Positions 19,599 through 28,769 of a stretch of DNA of 39,892 nt are shown piece after piece. Source of the stretch: Actinomycetes bacterium (GTDB lineage Bacteria; Actinomycetota; CADDZG01; JAHWKV01); contig JAJCYF010000057.1 of assembly GCA_029263035.1 (NCBI GenBank), forward strand, positions 1 through 39,892, given 5' to 3'. A program made the translations under genes and the position numbers. Every line of letters starts with the position of its first letter. Position 1 is the first letter of the stretch. Under the pieces are notes generated by a model. The model had not been told where the DNA came from and made no database searches. It was given only the letters and a program-made list of their open reading frames with translations.

Positions 19599-20414
19599 AT
19601 CGGATTCTTACTCGCTCCCATCGCAACGTTCCTGCTCTTGCTGGTCTCTGCCTTCCTATCGCCGGAATGGCCCAACCGGGAGCAGTTGTTGATGCACGCC
19701 CGGAATCGGGCATCGTTCGACACCCCGCAGGGCCGGGGAATTTTTGCCCTTATCCCGTTCGGCATATTCGTCGGCATCCCTGCCGCCCTGGGGCTTATCC
19801 CCGCCAACATAATGGTCCTCATCGGTTCGCTGGTGGCCTGCATGGTGGCCCGGGCCTACCTCTCCAACGCGCACGAGACCGGCCTGGGGGGCTGGACCCC
19901 CGCTCACGGCTGGTTTCTGGCCCTGACCTGGGCCATCCTGGCCCTGCCGCTGCACGTGAATAGCATGAACCTCATCGATGCCCTCGCCGCCCAGACGGCG
20001 CTTGGCCCGGCGCCGTTGGCCATCGGGCCTGCCGGTTCGGCGGCGATGTGGGTGGCGCTGATCGCCGGGCTGGCGGCAGCCTGCGGATGGTCGGAGGGGC
20101 AGCTGAAGCTGGCCCGGCCGGTGAGTGAGGCCAACGACGCTCTCGACACCTTCGCCCGCTGGGGCGAGAGCGCCCTGGCGGCCACCGCGGTCGCCGCCGT
20201 GGTCTGGGGACCGTCGTTGGGTGCTCTGGTAGCCGGACCGATAGACGGCAAGACCGTGGGAACCGCCGCCCTCTCCTACTTCGTGACGATGCTGGCGGTC
20301 GGGGCGGTTTCCTACTGCCGCAGATTCGTCGGGCACTCCGCCCAGTGGGCGTTCGCCGCCGGGTCCGGAATGATGGCGATGACGGCGATGCTGGTGGCGG
20401 CCTTTGTTCGCTGA
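19599..20414 (+). CDS. Multi-pass membrane protein, weakly NuoH/HycD-like; start uncertain (ATC 19599 or ATG 19692)
   Basis: About 7-8 TM helices; NSMNLIDALAAQ resembles the NuoH loop GSLNLxEIVxAQ. Confidence 0.6.
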   Translation: MGFLLAPIATFLLLLVSAFLSPEWPNREQLLMHARNRASFDTPQGRGIFALIPFGIFVGIPAALGLIPANIMVLIGSLVACMVARAYLSNAHETGLGGWTPAHGWFLALTWAILALPLHVNSMNLIDALAAQTALGPAPLAIGPAGSAAMWVALIAGLAAACGWSEGQLKLARPVSEANDALDTFARWGESALAATAVAAVVWGPSLGALVAGPIDGKTVGTAALSYFVTMLAVGAVSYCRRFVGHSAQWAFAAGSGMMAMTAMLVAAFVR

Positions 20415-20432
20415 TTTCGGGGGTTTTGCCCG

Positions 20433-21584
20433 ATGATGTTCCTGTTCCCGGTGGCGGCCGCCATCACATTCGGCGCCCTCTCCTGGGCGAATCTCAGGCG
20501 TTATGCGCCGTTCTGGGGACCGGCAGTACTGTTCTGGGCGCTGGCGATCGGCCGGGAGCCGTCGGTGATCTTTTTGATCCTGTTTCTGGTTCCCACCATT
20601 GTTCTGGGCGTTGCCGTCGCCCGCCACCGGCTGGCTCCGACGCCCTTTCTGCTTATGGCTCTCTCCGACATTGCGCTGGCCATCGCCTTTTCCATCTACC
20701 AATCCAAGACTGCACTTTGGACCCTGCCGGAGGTAGGAGGGTGGGGTTCGGGTGCCGGTCTGGCCGCCGGCGCCGCGATCCTGCGGCTGGGCGCCGCCGC
20801 CGACGTCGACGACCCCAAGGAGGGGGGACTGGTATCCGTGCCGTGGTGGCAGGGGGCAATGCTGGCCTACTGGGTGGGTGGACAGGGCGCTTCGGCCGCG
20901 GTCCTGGTGGTCGGCGGCATCCTTTTGTGGGGCGCGGCTGCCTACACCTCGCACTCCAACCTGTCGGCGCTTTCGCTGGCCGGAGGCGTCCTGGCCGTGG
21001 CCGCCGGCCTGGGAGGTGATCTGGCGGGGGTGATCGTGCTGGGGCTGGCGGGGACCGGCCTGGTGATGGGGGAGCGGGTGGTCTCGACCTGGATGGTTGC
21101 CATCCTTCCCTTGTCGCTGCTGACCCTGCTCACCCTTCCCGGCGGCCAGCTGATGGCCCTGGCCGCTCTGATCTTTCCCGGGGCCTGGGCCGCCATGTCG
21201 ACCCGGCTGAACACCGTCAAGCCGGCTGCCGAGGACGTTCCCTACCTGTCGTCGGCGGCAATGATGGTGGGAGTCGCCTACATTGCCGCGCTCGTTTCCC
21301 GGTTCGTGACCGGGCCGGGAGAGGTGGGCGAGGCCGGAATCCCGGTGGAGCTGATCAACGCGATCTGGCTGATTTATGGGGCAGGAATGGCGGCGATGGT
21401 GACCTTCTCCTTCGTCGGCAACCCGCAGGGCCTGAGTCTGGAGCCCCCGAGCGAGGGCCATTACTCCAAGTCGGAGCTGCTGCTTCCCAAGCTGCTCCCG
21501 CCGGTGGCGTGGTTCGGCTTCTTCGTGGCCGGCGTGGTCACCGCCCGGCTGTTGCTGGCCGGCTTCCGGACCGCCTTCCTCTAG
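20433..21584 (+). CDS. Multi-pass membrane protein, weakly NuoL/N/MrpD-like
   Basis: About 12-13 TM helices; LSDIALAIAFSIYQSKT and AILRLG resemble degenerate antiporter-like subunit segments. Confidence 0.6.
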   Translation: MMFLFPVAAAITFGALSWANLRRYAPFWGPAVLFWALAIGREPSVIFLILFLVPTIVLGVAVARHRLAPTPFLLMALSDIALAIAFSIYQSKTALWTLPEVGGWGSGAGLAAGAAILRLGAAADVDDPKEGGLVSVPWWQGAMLAYWVGGQGASAAVLVVGGILLWGAAAYTSHSNLSALSLAGGVLAVAAGLGGDLAGVIVLGLAGTGLVMGERVVSTWMVAILPLSLLTLLTLPGGQLMALAALIFPGAWAAMSTRLNTVKPAAEDVPYLSSAAMMVGVAYIAALVSRFVTGPGEVGEAGIPVELINAIWLIYGAGMAAMVTFSFVGNPQGLSLEPPSEGHYSKSELLLPKLLPPVAWFGFFVAGVVTARLLLAGFRTAFL

Positions 21585-21644
21585 GAGCCCCCGATTTCCC
21601 GAGGCCCCAACTCAGCGGCGGCCGAGGCCTCAGCCGGCCGTCAG

Positions 21645-23318
21645 GTGGAGCTGAGCCCTCCGGTCGGCCGGCGGCCGGTTGCGCTGCTGGTGCTTGCCGG
21701 TTGCGCCCTGGCGGTGGCAATGAATCCCTTGCTGGCCGCCAACCTCGACCGGCTTCCCGGAGATTCCGCCGACCGCATGTTCCAGGCCTGGCAGGTTGCG
21801 TGGAACGGATACGCCCTGCTTCACCAGCCCCTCGACCTGTTCGACTCGAACATCTACTGGCCCTTCGAGAACACGGTGGCCTTCTCCGACGCCCTGCTGG
21901 GCTTCACCCCGGCCGGCTTCATCGGGGCGGGAACCGAAGCCGCGCTCATCCGCTACAACCTGCTGTTCCTGTTCACCTATGCCTCGGCCTTCGTCGCGGC
22001 GGCGCTGCTGGCCCGGGAGCTGGGGGCCGGCTGGCCTGCGGCGGTGGTTGCCGGCGCGGCATTTGCGTTCGCGCCCTGGCGGCTGGCCCACCACAACCAT
22101 CTGCACGTGCTGGCGAGCGCACCGTTGGCGCTCAGCCTGTTCCTGCTGCTGCGTGGATATCGCAGACGGCGGCCCGGACTGGTCCTGTCCGGCTTCCTGG
22201 CGGCGACCTGGCAGGTGAGTCTGGGGTTCACCCTGGGACTCCAGGTCGCCTACCTGCTTGCGCTGCTCGGGGCGCTGTGGGGCGTCTACTGGTGGCGGAA
22301 ACGTCCGGAGGTGCCTCGCAGGGTCGTGGCCGCGACCGCAGCCGGGGCGCTGATCCTGGTGGCCTGGTCCGGGTTGCAGGCGTTTCCGTACCTGAAGGTG
22401 GTCGAGGAACATCCTCAGGTAAGACGGAGCGTTGACACCGTGAGGTTCTACTCTCCTCCGGCGGCAAGTTTTCTGACCGCCCCGCCCGAAAACCTGATCT
22501 GGGGCGATGCGACCGGCGCCCGGCGGGAGAGGATGGCATGGGCCCCCGAGATGGCGCTGTTTCCGGGGCTGACGATTGTGGCGCTTGCCCTGGCAGGCCT
22601 GGGGGCCTCCACCCTCTCCCGTCGCTGGCGGCTCGGTCTGGCGGCAGCAGTCGTTGGTTCGGCGGTTCTGGCCATGGGTTACTCGTTTTTGGGTGGAAGT
22701 CTCACCTATGGGTTGCTGCACAAGCTGCCCGGGTGGGCGTCGGTCCGCACCCCCGGCCGCCTGTTCACCGTCACCTCCCTCGCTCTGGCCTTGCTTGCCG
22801 GCGCCGGAGCCCACCGGCTGACGTCGGCGGCCGTTCGCAGGGCGGCCGGAACCGGCGGGCGGATCGCGGCGCTGGTGGTCCCGGCCCTGCTGACCGTCGC
22901 CCTGCTGGTGGAGGGATTCGGCTCGCCGGCCGGCGAGCTGGTTCGGCCTGAGCTGCGCCGGCTTCCTGACTCGGAGCCTCAAATGCATCTGCCCTCCGAA
23001 GACTTCGACGATGTCCGGTACCTGTTCTGGTCCATCGACGGGTTCCCCGAGATCGTCAACGGCTACTCCGGCTTCACCCCTGAGCTGCAGCTTTCCCTGC
23101 GGCAGGAGCTGGCGGGCTTTCCCGACGAGGCTACGGTTCAGCGCTTGAGCGACCTGGGAGTGCGTACGGTCGTCGTCCACAACGACCGTACCGGCGGGAC
23201 CCCGTGGGCCGGCGCGGATGACCGGCCCGTCGACGGGTTGCCGCTGGAGCGGTCGGAGCGGGGCCCCATGACGATCTATGAGCTGGAGCCGGGCGGCAAC
23301 CCGGGCGACGGCGGATGA
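21645..23318 (+). CDS. GT-C-fold (YfhO-like) membrane glycosyltransferase candidate
   Basis: FDSNIYWP, AFAFAPWR, VRTPGRL, IVNGYSGF, LGVRTVVVH; many TM helices. Confidence 0.7.
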   Translation: MELSPPVGRRPVALLVLAGCALAVAMNPLLAANLDRLPGDSADRMFQAWQVAWNGYALLHQPLDLFDSNIYWPFENTVAFSDALLGFTPAGFIGAGTEAALIRYNLLFLFTYASAFVAAALLARELGAGWPAAVVAGAAFAFAPWRLAHHNHLHVLASAPLALSLFLLLRGYRRRRPGLVLSGFLAATWQVSLGFTLGLQVAYLLALLGALWGVYWWRKRPEVPRRVVAATAAGALILVAWSGLQAFPYLKVVEEHPQVRRSVDTVRFYSPPAASFLTAPPENLIWGDATGARRERMAWAPEMALFPGLTIVALALAGLGASTLSRRWRLGLAAAVVGSAVLAMGYSFLGGSLTYGLLHKLPGWASVRTPGRLFTVTSLALALLAGAGAHRLTSAAVRRAAGTGGRIAALVVPALLTVALLVEGFGSPAGELVRPELRRLPDSEPQMHLPSEDFDDVRYLFWSIDGFPEIVNGYSGFTPELQLSLRQELAGFPDEATVQRLSDLGVRTVVVHNDRTGGTPWAGADDRPVDGLPLERSERGPMTIYELEPGGNPGDGG

Positions 23319-24613
23319 GCCGGGCGCACCGGCGGCCGGCATCGCGCGGACTGGCCCTGGGCATGGCCGCGGCGGGAATAGTGGCCGCGTTTGCTCTCAA
23401 GTTCCAGTGTGTCGCCAACGGCTGGGGCGACGGCTACCAGTACACCCACCTGTGCTACAACGAGATCCAGGCGTTGTTCGGGGTACGCGGCATCCAGGAC
23501 GGCCTGCTTCCGTACCGGGATACCGCCTTCGAGTACCCGGTTCTGACCGGTATGTTCATGGACCTGGCGGGCAGGGTGCTGCGGGGGCTGGTCGCCATCG
23601 GCCTGGCGCCGCAGAACAACGACAGTAGCTATCTGGTGGTGTCGTCGGTGATGCTTGCTCCGTTCTCGGTTGGGGTGACCCTCCTGCTGAGGCCGCGGGT
23701 GAGCGCTTCCCGGCTGGCGCTGTGGGCGGTGGGAGCCCCCACGATCCTGTACACGTTCCACAACTGGGACATCCTCGCCGTGTTCGGTGCGGCCTGGGGC
23801 CTGGCCGCGTTCGAGCGGGACCGCCTGGGACTGGCCGGCGGCGCCCTGGCGGTGGGTGCCAGCGCCAAGCTGTACCCGGCCTTCCTGGCGCCGGGGATGG
23901 TCCTGGCCCGGTGGGCCCGGAAGGACCGGCTGGGGTCCGTGCGGATGATTGCCGGATTTCTGGCGGTGTATGCCGCGCTTAACGTGCCCTGGATCCTGAT
24001 CGCCAACGGGCCGCCGCAGGTCTCACCAGGGGCCTTTCCCGGGGTTGACCTGCGGGACCCGCAGGCCAACGGATGGCTGGGCGTCTGGCTTTTCCACGCC
24101 GAACGCAGCCCCGATATCTGGACCATCTGGTTCTGGTTGGGAGACCGTGCCGACGGGCTGTTCCTCAACCCCTGGTGGGGCGGTTCGTACCGCGGATTTG
24201 TGAGCATTACCAGCTTTGTTCTGTTCGCCCTCGCCACCGCCTACGCCCTGCTCCACGGCTGGAAGCGCCGCAACGAACCGCAGGGGTACCCGGTGGTAGG
24301 GGTGGGCCTGGCGATCGTCGCGGCCTTTCTCATCACCTCCAAGGTGTACTCACCGCAGTACGCCCTGTGGGCGGTGCCGATGCTGGTGATGCTGGACATC
24401 CGGGTCCGGTGGGTTGTGATCTACTTCGTCTCCGAGTTCGCCGTCCTGGTCGCCGGCTTCGGATGGTTCACCGTCTTTGACGATCCCGATCCGGGCTGGA
24501 GGGCCCTGCTCGAGGTGGTGGTGGTGGCGCGGGCAGCGGTGTTGTGCGTGCTCTACTGGCGGGCGACCCGTGCCGTGAGGCTGCTGCCGGAAGCGCCGGG
24601 GAGCGCGGTTTAG
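23315..24613 (+). CDS. Glycosyltransferase family 87 (DUF2029, Rv0051-like)
   Basis: LCYNEI, EYPVLTG, NWDILAV, AKLYP, KVYSPQYALW. Confidence 0.85.
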   Translation: MSRAHRRPASRGLALGMAAAGIVAAFALKFQCVANGWGDGYQYTHLCYNEIQALFGVRGIQDGLLPYRDTAFEYPVLTGMFMDLAGRVLRGLVAIGLAPQNNDSSYLVVSSVMLAPFSVGVTLLLRPRVSASRLALWAVGAPTILYTFHNWDILAVFGAAWGLAAFERDRLGLAGGALAVGASAKLYPAFLAPGMVLARWARKDRLGSVRMIAGFLAVYAALNVPWILIANGPPQVSPGAFPGVDLRDPQANGWLGVWLFHAERSPDIWTIWFWLGDRADGLFLNPWWGGSYRGFVSITSFVLFALATAYALLHGWKRRNEPQGYPVVGVGLAIVAAFLITSKVYSPQYALWAVPMLVMLDIRVRWVVIYFVSEFAVLVAGFGWFTVFDDPDPGWRALLEVVVVARAAVLCVLYWRATRAVRLLPEAPGSAV

Positions 24614-24722
24614 AGGTTCCGCAGAAATCGTTTGAGATTTCTTCCCGGCCTGGGCATTCGGGTAGCGACGTTGTCATACCCCCTGCCTATAGTTGCTTGC
24701 GATGGACGCTTCAACCAGGCAC

Positions 24723-24842
24723 TGCTACGATTTCCAACAGACACTTGTAGTAACCCCTGCTCCCGATGCGCCGGCCTGTGTTGCCGGATTAGCGCCGAAG
24801 GGAGCCTTCCGGTTCGCCGGATGTCCGAAGGAGTAATCCAAT
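24723..24842 (+). promoter_or_regulatory. Extended -10 promoter and rpsF leader (S6:S18-binding RNA candidate)
   Basis: TGcTACGAT; CCCTGCTCCC...GGGAGC hairpin, then TCCGAAGGAG containing the SD. Confidence 0.55.
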
Positions 24843-25124
24843 ATGCGCAACTACGAGGCTGTGGTCATCGTCGACCCGAGGCTGGAAGAAGCCGATATTC
24901 AGCAGGCGGTCGATAAGCTAACCAAGGTCATACAGACCCGAGGTGAGATGGCCAAAATCGATCAGTGGGGCCGGCGTCGCCTGGCCTACGAGATCAACCA
25001 TCTCAAGGAAGGTCACTACTTCGTAGCCTCATTCCAGGCCGAAGCAGACCTCATCGCTGACCTCGACCGCACCATGAGAATCGGGGAGGAGTACATCCGG
25101 CACAAGATCGTCCGGATCCCCTAG
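24843..25124 (+). CDS. rpsF: 30S ribosomal protein S6
   Basis: MRNYEAVVI, WGRRRLAYEI. Confidence 0.96.
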   Translation: MRNYEAVVIVDPRLEEADIQQAVDKLTKVIQTRGEMAKIDQWGRRRLAYEINHLKEGHYFVASFQAEADLIADLDRTMRIGEEYIRHKIVRIP

Positions 25125-25155
25125 ACCGAAGGGATTCCCCTTCAGGAGGTGTGCG

Positions 25156-25584
25156 GTGTCGAACAACGTGACGGTGGTCGGCAATCTGACCAGAGAGCCG
25201 GAACTCAGGTACACGCCCTCGGGTGCAGCAGTCGTCAAGTTCGGGATGGCGGTAAACCGCTCCTACAACAACCGAAACGGCGACAAGGTTGAGCAGACAG
25301 ACTTTTTTGATGTAACCGCATGGCGGGAGCTCGGCGAGAACGTGGCCGAGTCCCTGTCGGTGGGGAGCAGGGTGATCGTGACCGGCCGTCTTCAGCAGGA
25401 TCGTTGGGAGAACGACGGCGGCGAGAAGCGTTCGAAGATCTACATCGTGGCGGACGAGATCGGTCCCTCCCTGCGGTGGGCCACAGCATCCATAACGAAG
25501 ACCACCCGTGGAGGCCCCGGCGACTGGCAGCAGTCGCAGGGTGCCCCGGGCAACATTGACGAGGAGGTACCAACTGGGGCGTAG
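25156..25584 (+). CDS. ssb: Single-stranded DNA-binding protein
   Basis: [18 protein letters not shown] fold, ADEIGPSL; atypical C-terminus DEEVPTGA. Confidence 0.95.
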   Translation: MSNNVTVVGNLTREPELRYTPSGAAVVKFGMAVNRSYNNRNGDKVEQTDFFDVTAWRELGENVAESLSVGSRVIVTGRLQQDRWENDGGEKRSKIYIVADEIGPSLRWATASITKTTRGGPGDWQQSQGAPGNIDEEVPTGA

Positions 25585-25855
25585 AGACTCCCGGAGCTCA
25601 AACTCCGATTCCAAGGGAGCTAAAGGCGACAAGAAGGGCGGTAGGCCGCAGCGGAAGAAGGTTTGCTACTTCTGCAAGGAGAAGATCACCTACATCGACT
25701 TCAAGGATGTCGCAACAATTCGTAAGTTCGTTTCCGACCGGGGCAAGATTCGTGCCCGCCGGGTGACGGGGACCTGTGTCCGGCACCAGCATGAGGTGGC
25801 CTCGGCTATCAAGAATGCCCGAGAGGTGGCTCTGCTGCCGTACGTGGTCCGATGA
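25574..25855 (+). CDS. rpsR: 30S ribosomal protein S18 (Zn-binding C+ form), inferred CTG start
   Basis: [29 protein letters not shown]; GAGGAGGT SD 5 nt before CTG 25574. Confidence 0.9.
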   Translation: MGRRDSRSSNSDSKGAKGDKKGGRPQRKKVCYFCKEKITYIDFKDVATIRKFVSDRGKIRARRVTGTCVRHQHEVASAIKNAREVALLPYVVR

Positions 25856-26328
25856 AGGTCATCCTCACCCAGGATATGAGCAATCTGGGACACAAGGGCG
25901 ACGTAGTCGAGGTCAAGGACGGTTACGCACGCAACTTCCTGCTGCCTCAGAGCCGGGCCTTCAAAGCCTCCAAGGGGGCTTTGAAGCAGGCTGAGACCAT
26001 GCAAAAGGCCAGGGCGGCGCAAGAAGCCAAGGACCGCGCACAGTGGACGGCGCTCGCCGGCCGGATCGGCGGAGTTCGCCTGGTCACCAAGGCGACCGCC
26101 GGGGCCGAGGGCCAGCTGTTCGGGTCGGTGACCACCTCGGACATCGCCGAGATGCTCACCGCACAGCTGGGCGAGGAGATCGATCGCCGCAAAGTGATCC
26201 TTCCCGATCCCATCAAGACGGTCGGGTCGCACATCTACAAGGTGCACCTGCACGCCGACGTGGTGGCCGAAGGAAACATCGACGTCCAGGCGGACGGAGT
26301 AGCGCCCGCCTTCGACGCCGAAGCCTAA
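25852..26328 (+). CDS. rplI: 50S ribosomal protein L9
   Basis: [24 protein letters not shown]. Confidence 0.96.
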   Translation: MKVILTQDMSNLGHKGDVVEVKDGYARNFLLPQSRAFKASKGALKQAETMQKARAAQEAKDRAQWTALAGRIGGVRLVTKATAGAEGQLFGSVTTSDIAEMLTAQLGEEIDRRKVILPDPIKTVGSHIYKVHLHADVVAEGNIDVQADGVAPAFDAEA

Positions 26329-26508
26329 CCCCAAGCCGCAACCCTTCAACAACCGCCTCAGCGGGCGCCTTTTCGGCGCGCCCGAACCTCGTCCCCGCAC
26401 CGGCTCGAATGCACGTTCCACCGCCGCGCGTCAAGGACAAAAGTTGTTTCGCGCACTGCGAAGTTCGCCCTTCCCGGGCCGGGAAGAGCCCGTGTATCCT
26501 GCGTCGGA

Positions 26509-26554
26509 CCCCAACATGTTGCGCTACTAAGCAATAAGGCGCTACATGTTGTGG
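26509..26554. promoter_or_regulatory. Tandem NrdR-box-like motifs
   Basis: cccCAACATGTTGcg and gcgCTACATGTTGtg, 30 bp apart; resemble acaCwAtATaTwGtg. Confidence 0.4.
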
Positions 26555-26613
26555 ACAACGACGAGGAAAGGTTGTGAGCATCCTGTTGATTACCGACCGT
26601 AAGCTGTGGACAA
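26550..26613 (-). promoter_or_regulatory. Two perfect actinobacterial DnaA boxes (TTGTCCACA)
   Basis: TGTGGACAA at 26550-26558 and 26605-26613. Confidence 0.75.
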
Positions 26614-26681
26614 CGCCCGTAGATTCCTGGGGATTGGTTTATCCCAAATCCGCCGAATTCCGGTGGACATCCTCCATAATG

Positions 26682-26699
26682 ACCGAACATACGTTCGGT
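26682..26699. promoter_or_regulatory. LexA/SOS box at the dnaB promoter
   Basis: acCGAAC-ATAC-GTTCGgt, a perfect Gram-positive SOS box directly after a CATAAT -10 (26675-26680). Confidence 0.8.
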
Positions 26700-26707
26700 A
26701 GGAATTA

Positions 26708-28087
26708 ATGGCGATACGGCTAAGCGGTCAAACCAGCAGGACCGGGGCGGGCCCTGAGTTTCCCGGCCACGTGCCTCCGTACAACCTGGAGGCCGAGGAG
26801 TCGGTGCTGGGCGCATGCCTGATCTCACGGGAAGCCGTCGCAAGCGTGCTGGAGATCGTCAAGGCGGACGACTTCTACAAGCCTGCGCATGTCGAGATCT
26901 TCAACGCCATGCTGGAGCTGTACGGCCGGGGCGACCCCATCGACTTCGTTACCCTCACCGAGCTGCTGCGTCGCAGGGAGTCGCTGGAGTCGGTCGGGGG
27001 CAAGTCGTACGTCTACACCCTGGTCGAAACCGTGCCCACCGCCAGTTCCGCCGCGTTCTACGCCCGGATCGTTGAGGAGAATGCGCTTTTGCGCCGGCTC
27101 ATCACCGCCGCCCACGAGATCTCCGAGCTCGGCTACTCGGTCCCCGAGGACGTTGAGAAAGCCATCGACTCGGCGGAGGCGATGATCTTCCAGGTCTCGC
27201 AGAGAAGGGATGTCCAGGACTTCCAGCCGCTCAAGGACCTGCTGACCGAGGGCATGCAGATCGTCGAGAAGCTCTACGAGCAGGGCACGTCGATCACCGG
27301 TCTTCCCACCGGCTTCACCGAGCTGGACAACATCACCGCAGGGTTTCAGCCCTCCAACCTGATCGTCATTGCCGCCCGCCCGGCGATGGGCAAGTCGGCC
27401 CTGGCGGTTTCCATGGCCCAGCACGTAGCGGTGGAGCAGAACACGCCGGTAGTCATATTCAGCCTGGAGATGAGCAAGATGGAGCTCACCCAGCGCCTGA
27501 TGTGCGCCGAGGCCCGGGTCGACTCCAACCGCCTGCGCAGGGGCCAGCTGCAGGACTCCGACTGGCCGAAGCTGTCGCATGCACTCGGCCGGCTGGCGGA
27601 GGCGCCCATCTTTATCGACGACACCGCCAGCGTGTCGATCATGGAGATGCGGGCAAAGTGCCGGCGCCTGAAGGCCAAGCACGGCCTCGGCCTGGTGATC
27701 GTGGACTACCTGCAGCTCATGCAGCCCACCACGCGGAGCCGGGGCGACAACCGGGTGCAGGAGATCGGGGACATCTCCCGGTCGCTCAAGATCCTGGCCC
27801 GCGAGCTCGAGCTGCCGGTGATCGCGGTTTCCCAGCTTTCCCGAAACGTCGAGCACCGGACGGACAAACGGCCGATGCTGGCCGACCTCAGGGACTCGGG
27901 AAGCATCGAGCAGGACGCCGACATCGTGATGTTCATTTACCGGGACGAGGTCTACAACCCCGACTCACCACAGAAGGGCATTGCCGAGGTCATCGTGGCC
28001 AAACACCGAAGCGGCCCGATCGGCAAGATAGACCTGGCGTTCCTGGCGCACTACACCAAGTTCGCGAACCTGGCGCGGAGTCTGTAA
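26708..28087 (+). CDS. dnaB: Replicative DNA helicase, no intein
   Basis: PPYNLEAEESVLG, ARPAMGKS Walker A, VDYLQLM, LRDSGSIEQDAD. Confidence 0.97.
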   Translation: MAIRLSGQTSRTGAGPEFPGHVPPYNLEAEESVLGACLISREAVASVLEIVKADDFYKPAHVEIFNAMLELYGRGDPIDFVTLTELLRRRESLESVGGKSYVYTLVETVPTASSAAFYARIVEENALLRRLITAAHEISELGYSVPEDVEKAIDSAEAMIFQVSQRRDVQDFQPLKDLLTEGMQIVEKLYEQGTSITGLPTGFTELDNITAGFQPSNLIVIAARPAMGKSALAVSMAQHVAVEQNTPVVIFSLEMSKMELTQRLMCAEARVDSNRLRRGQLQDSDWPKLSHALGRLAEAPIFIDDTASVSIMEMRAKCRRLKAKHGLGLVIVDYLQLMQPTTRSRGDNRVQEIGDISRSLKILARELELPVIAVSQLSRNVEHRTDKRPMLADLRDSGSIEQDADIVMFIYRDEVYNPDSPQKGIAEVIVAKHRSGPIGKIDLAFLAHYTKFANLARSL

Positions 28088-28121
28088 GCGGAATGCCGGG
28101 AACTGGTCAAGGAGTTTTGCC

Positions 28122-28769
28122 ATGGGAGCGTTGATCCAAGCAATCATGCAGGGCGACGAGGCGACGGTGGCCGGGCTCGTGGAGTCGGATCGCCGGGTTG
28201 CCGAGGAAAGGGACGAGAACGGGGTCTCCGCCCTCATGCTGGCTCTTTACCGGGGTCAGACCGAAATCGCCGCAGTGGTCGCCGAGGCCAAGGGGTGGTT
28301 GGACGTTTTCGAAGCCGCCGCCATCGGTGACCCCGGGCGGTTGGAGATGGCCCTCAAGGAGAACCCCGAAGCCATCGGATCCTTCTCCGCCGACGGGTTC
28401 ACCGCCCTGCACTTCGCCGCCTTCTTCGGGCGCCGCCTTCCGGCGAACCTGCTCGTGCTGGCCGGCGCCGACGTCAACGCGGAGGCCCGCAACCCCAGCC
28501 GGGTCCGGCCGATTCACAGCGCGGTGGCCGGCCCCGACCCGATGATGGCGGAGATCCTGCTGGCCATGGGGGCCGACGTCAATGCCCAGCAGGAGGGGGG
28601 ATTTACCGCACTTCAGGCCGCGGCCAAGCAGGGCAACACCAAGCTGGTCGATCTGCTGCTGAGAGCCGATGCGGATCCCCGGATGGCCGCCGGTGACGGC
28701 CGCACCGCCGCCGATCTGGCCCGAACTGCCGGGCACGAGGCCCTGGCGGTCCGGCTGGAGGCTCGTTAG
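28122..28769 (+). CDS. Ankyrin-repeat protein
   Basis: GVSALMLA, GFTALHFAA, GADVNA, GFTALQAAA repeats. Confidence 0.9.
   Translation: MGALIQAIMQGDEATVAGLVESDRRVAEERDENGVSALMLALYRGQTEIAAVVAEAKGWLDVFEAAAIGDPGRLEMALKENPEAIGSFSADGFTALHFAAFFGRRLPANLLVLAGADVNAEARNPSRVRPIHSAVAGPDPMMAEILLAMGADVNAQQEGGFTALQAAAKQGNTKLVDLLLRADADPRMAAGDGRTAADLARTAGHEALAVRLEAR

Noticed and set aside
19656-23342. 601-aa and 570-aa minus-strand ORFs
   Set aside because: Antisense shadows of the plus-strand membrane genes
26708-28087. Intein in DnaB
   Set aside because: 459 aa with contiguous helicase motifs leaves no room for an insertion
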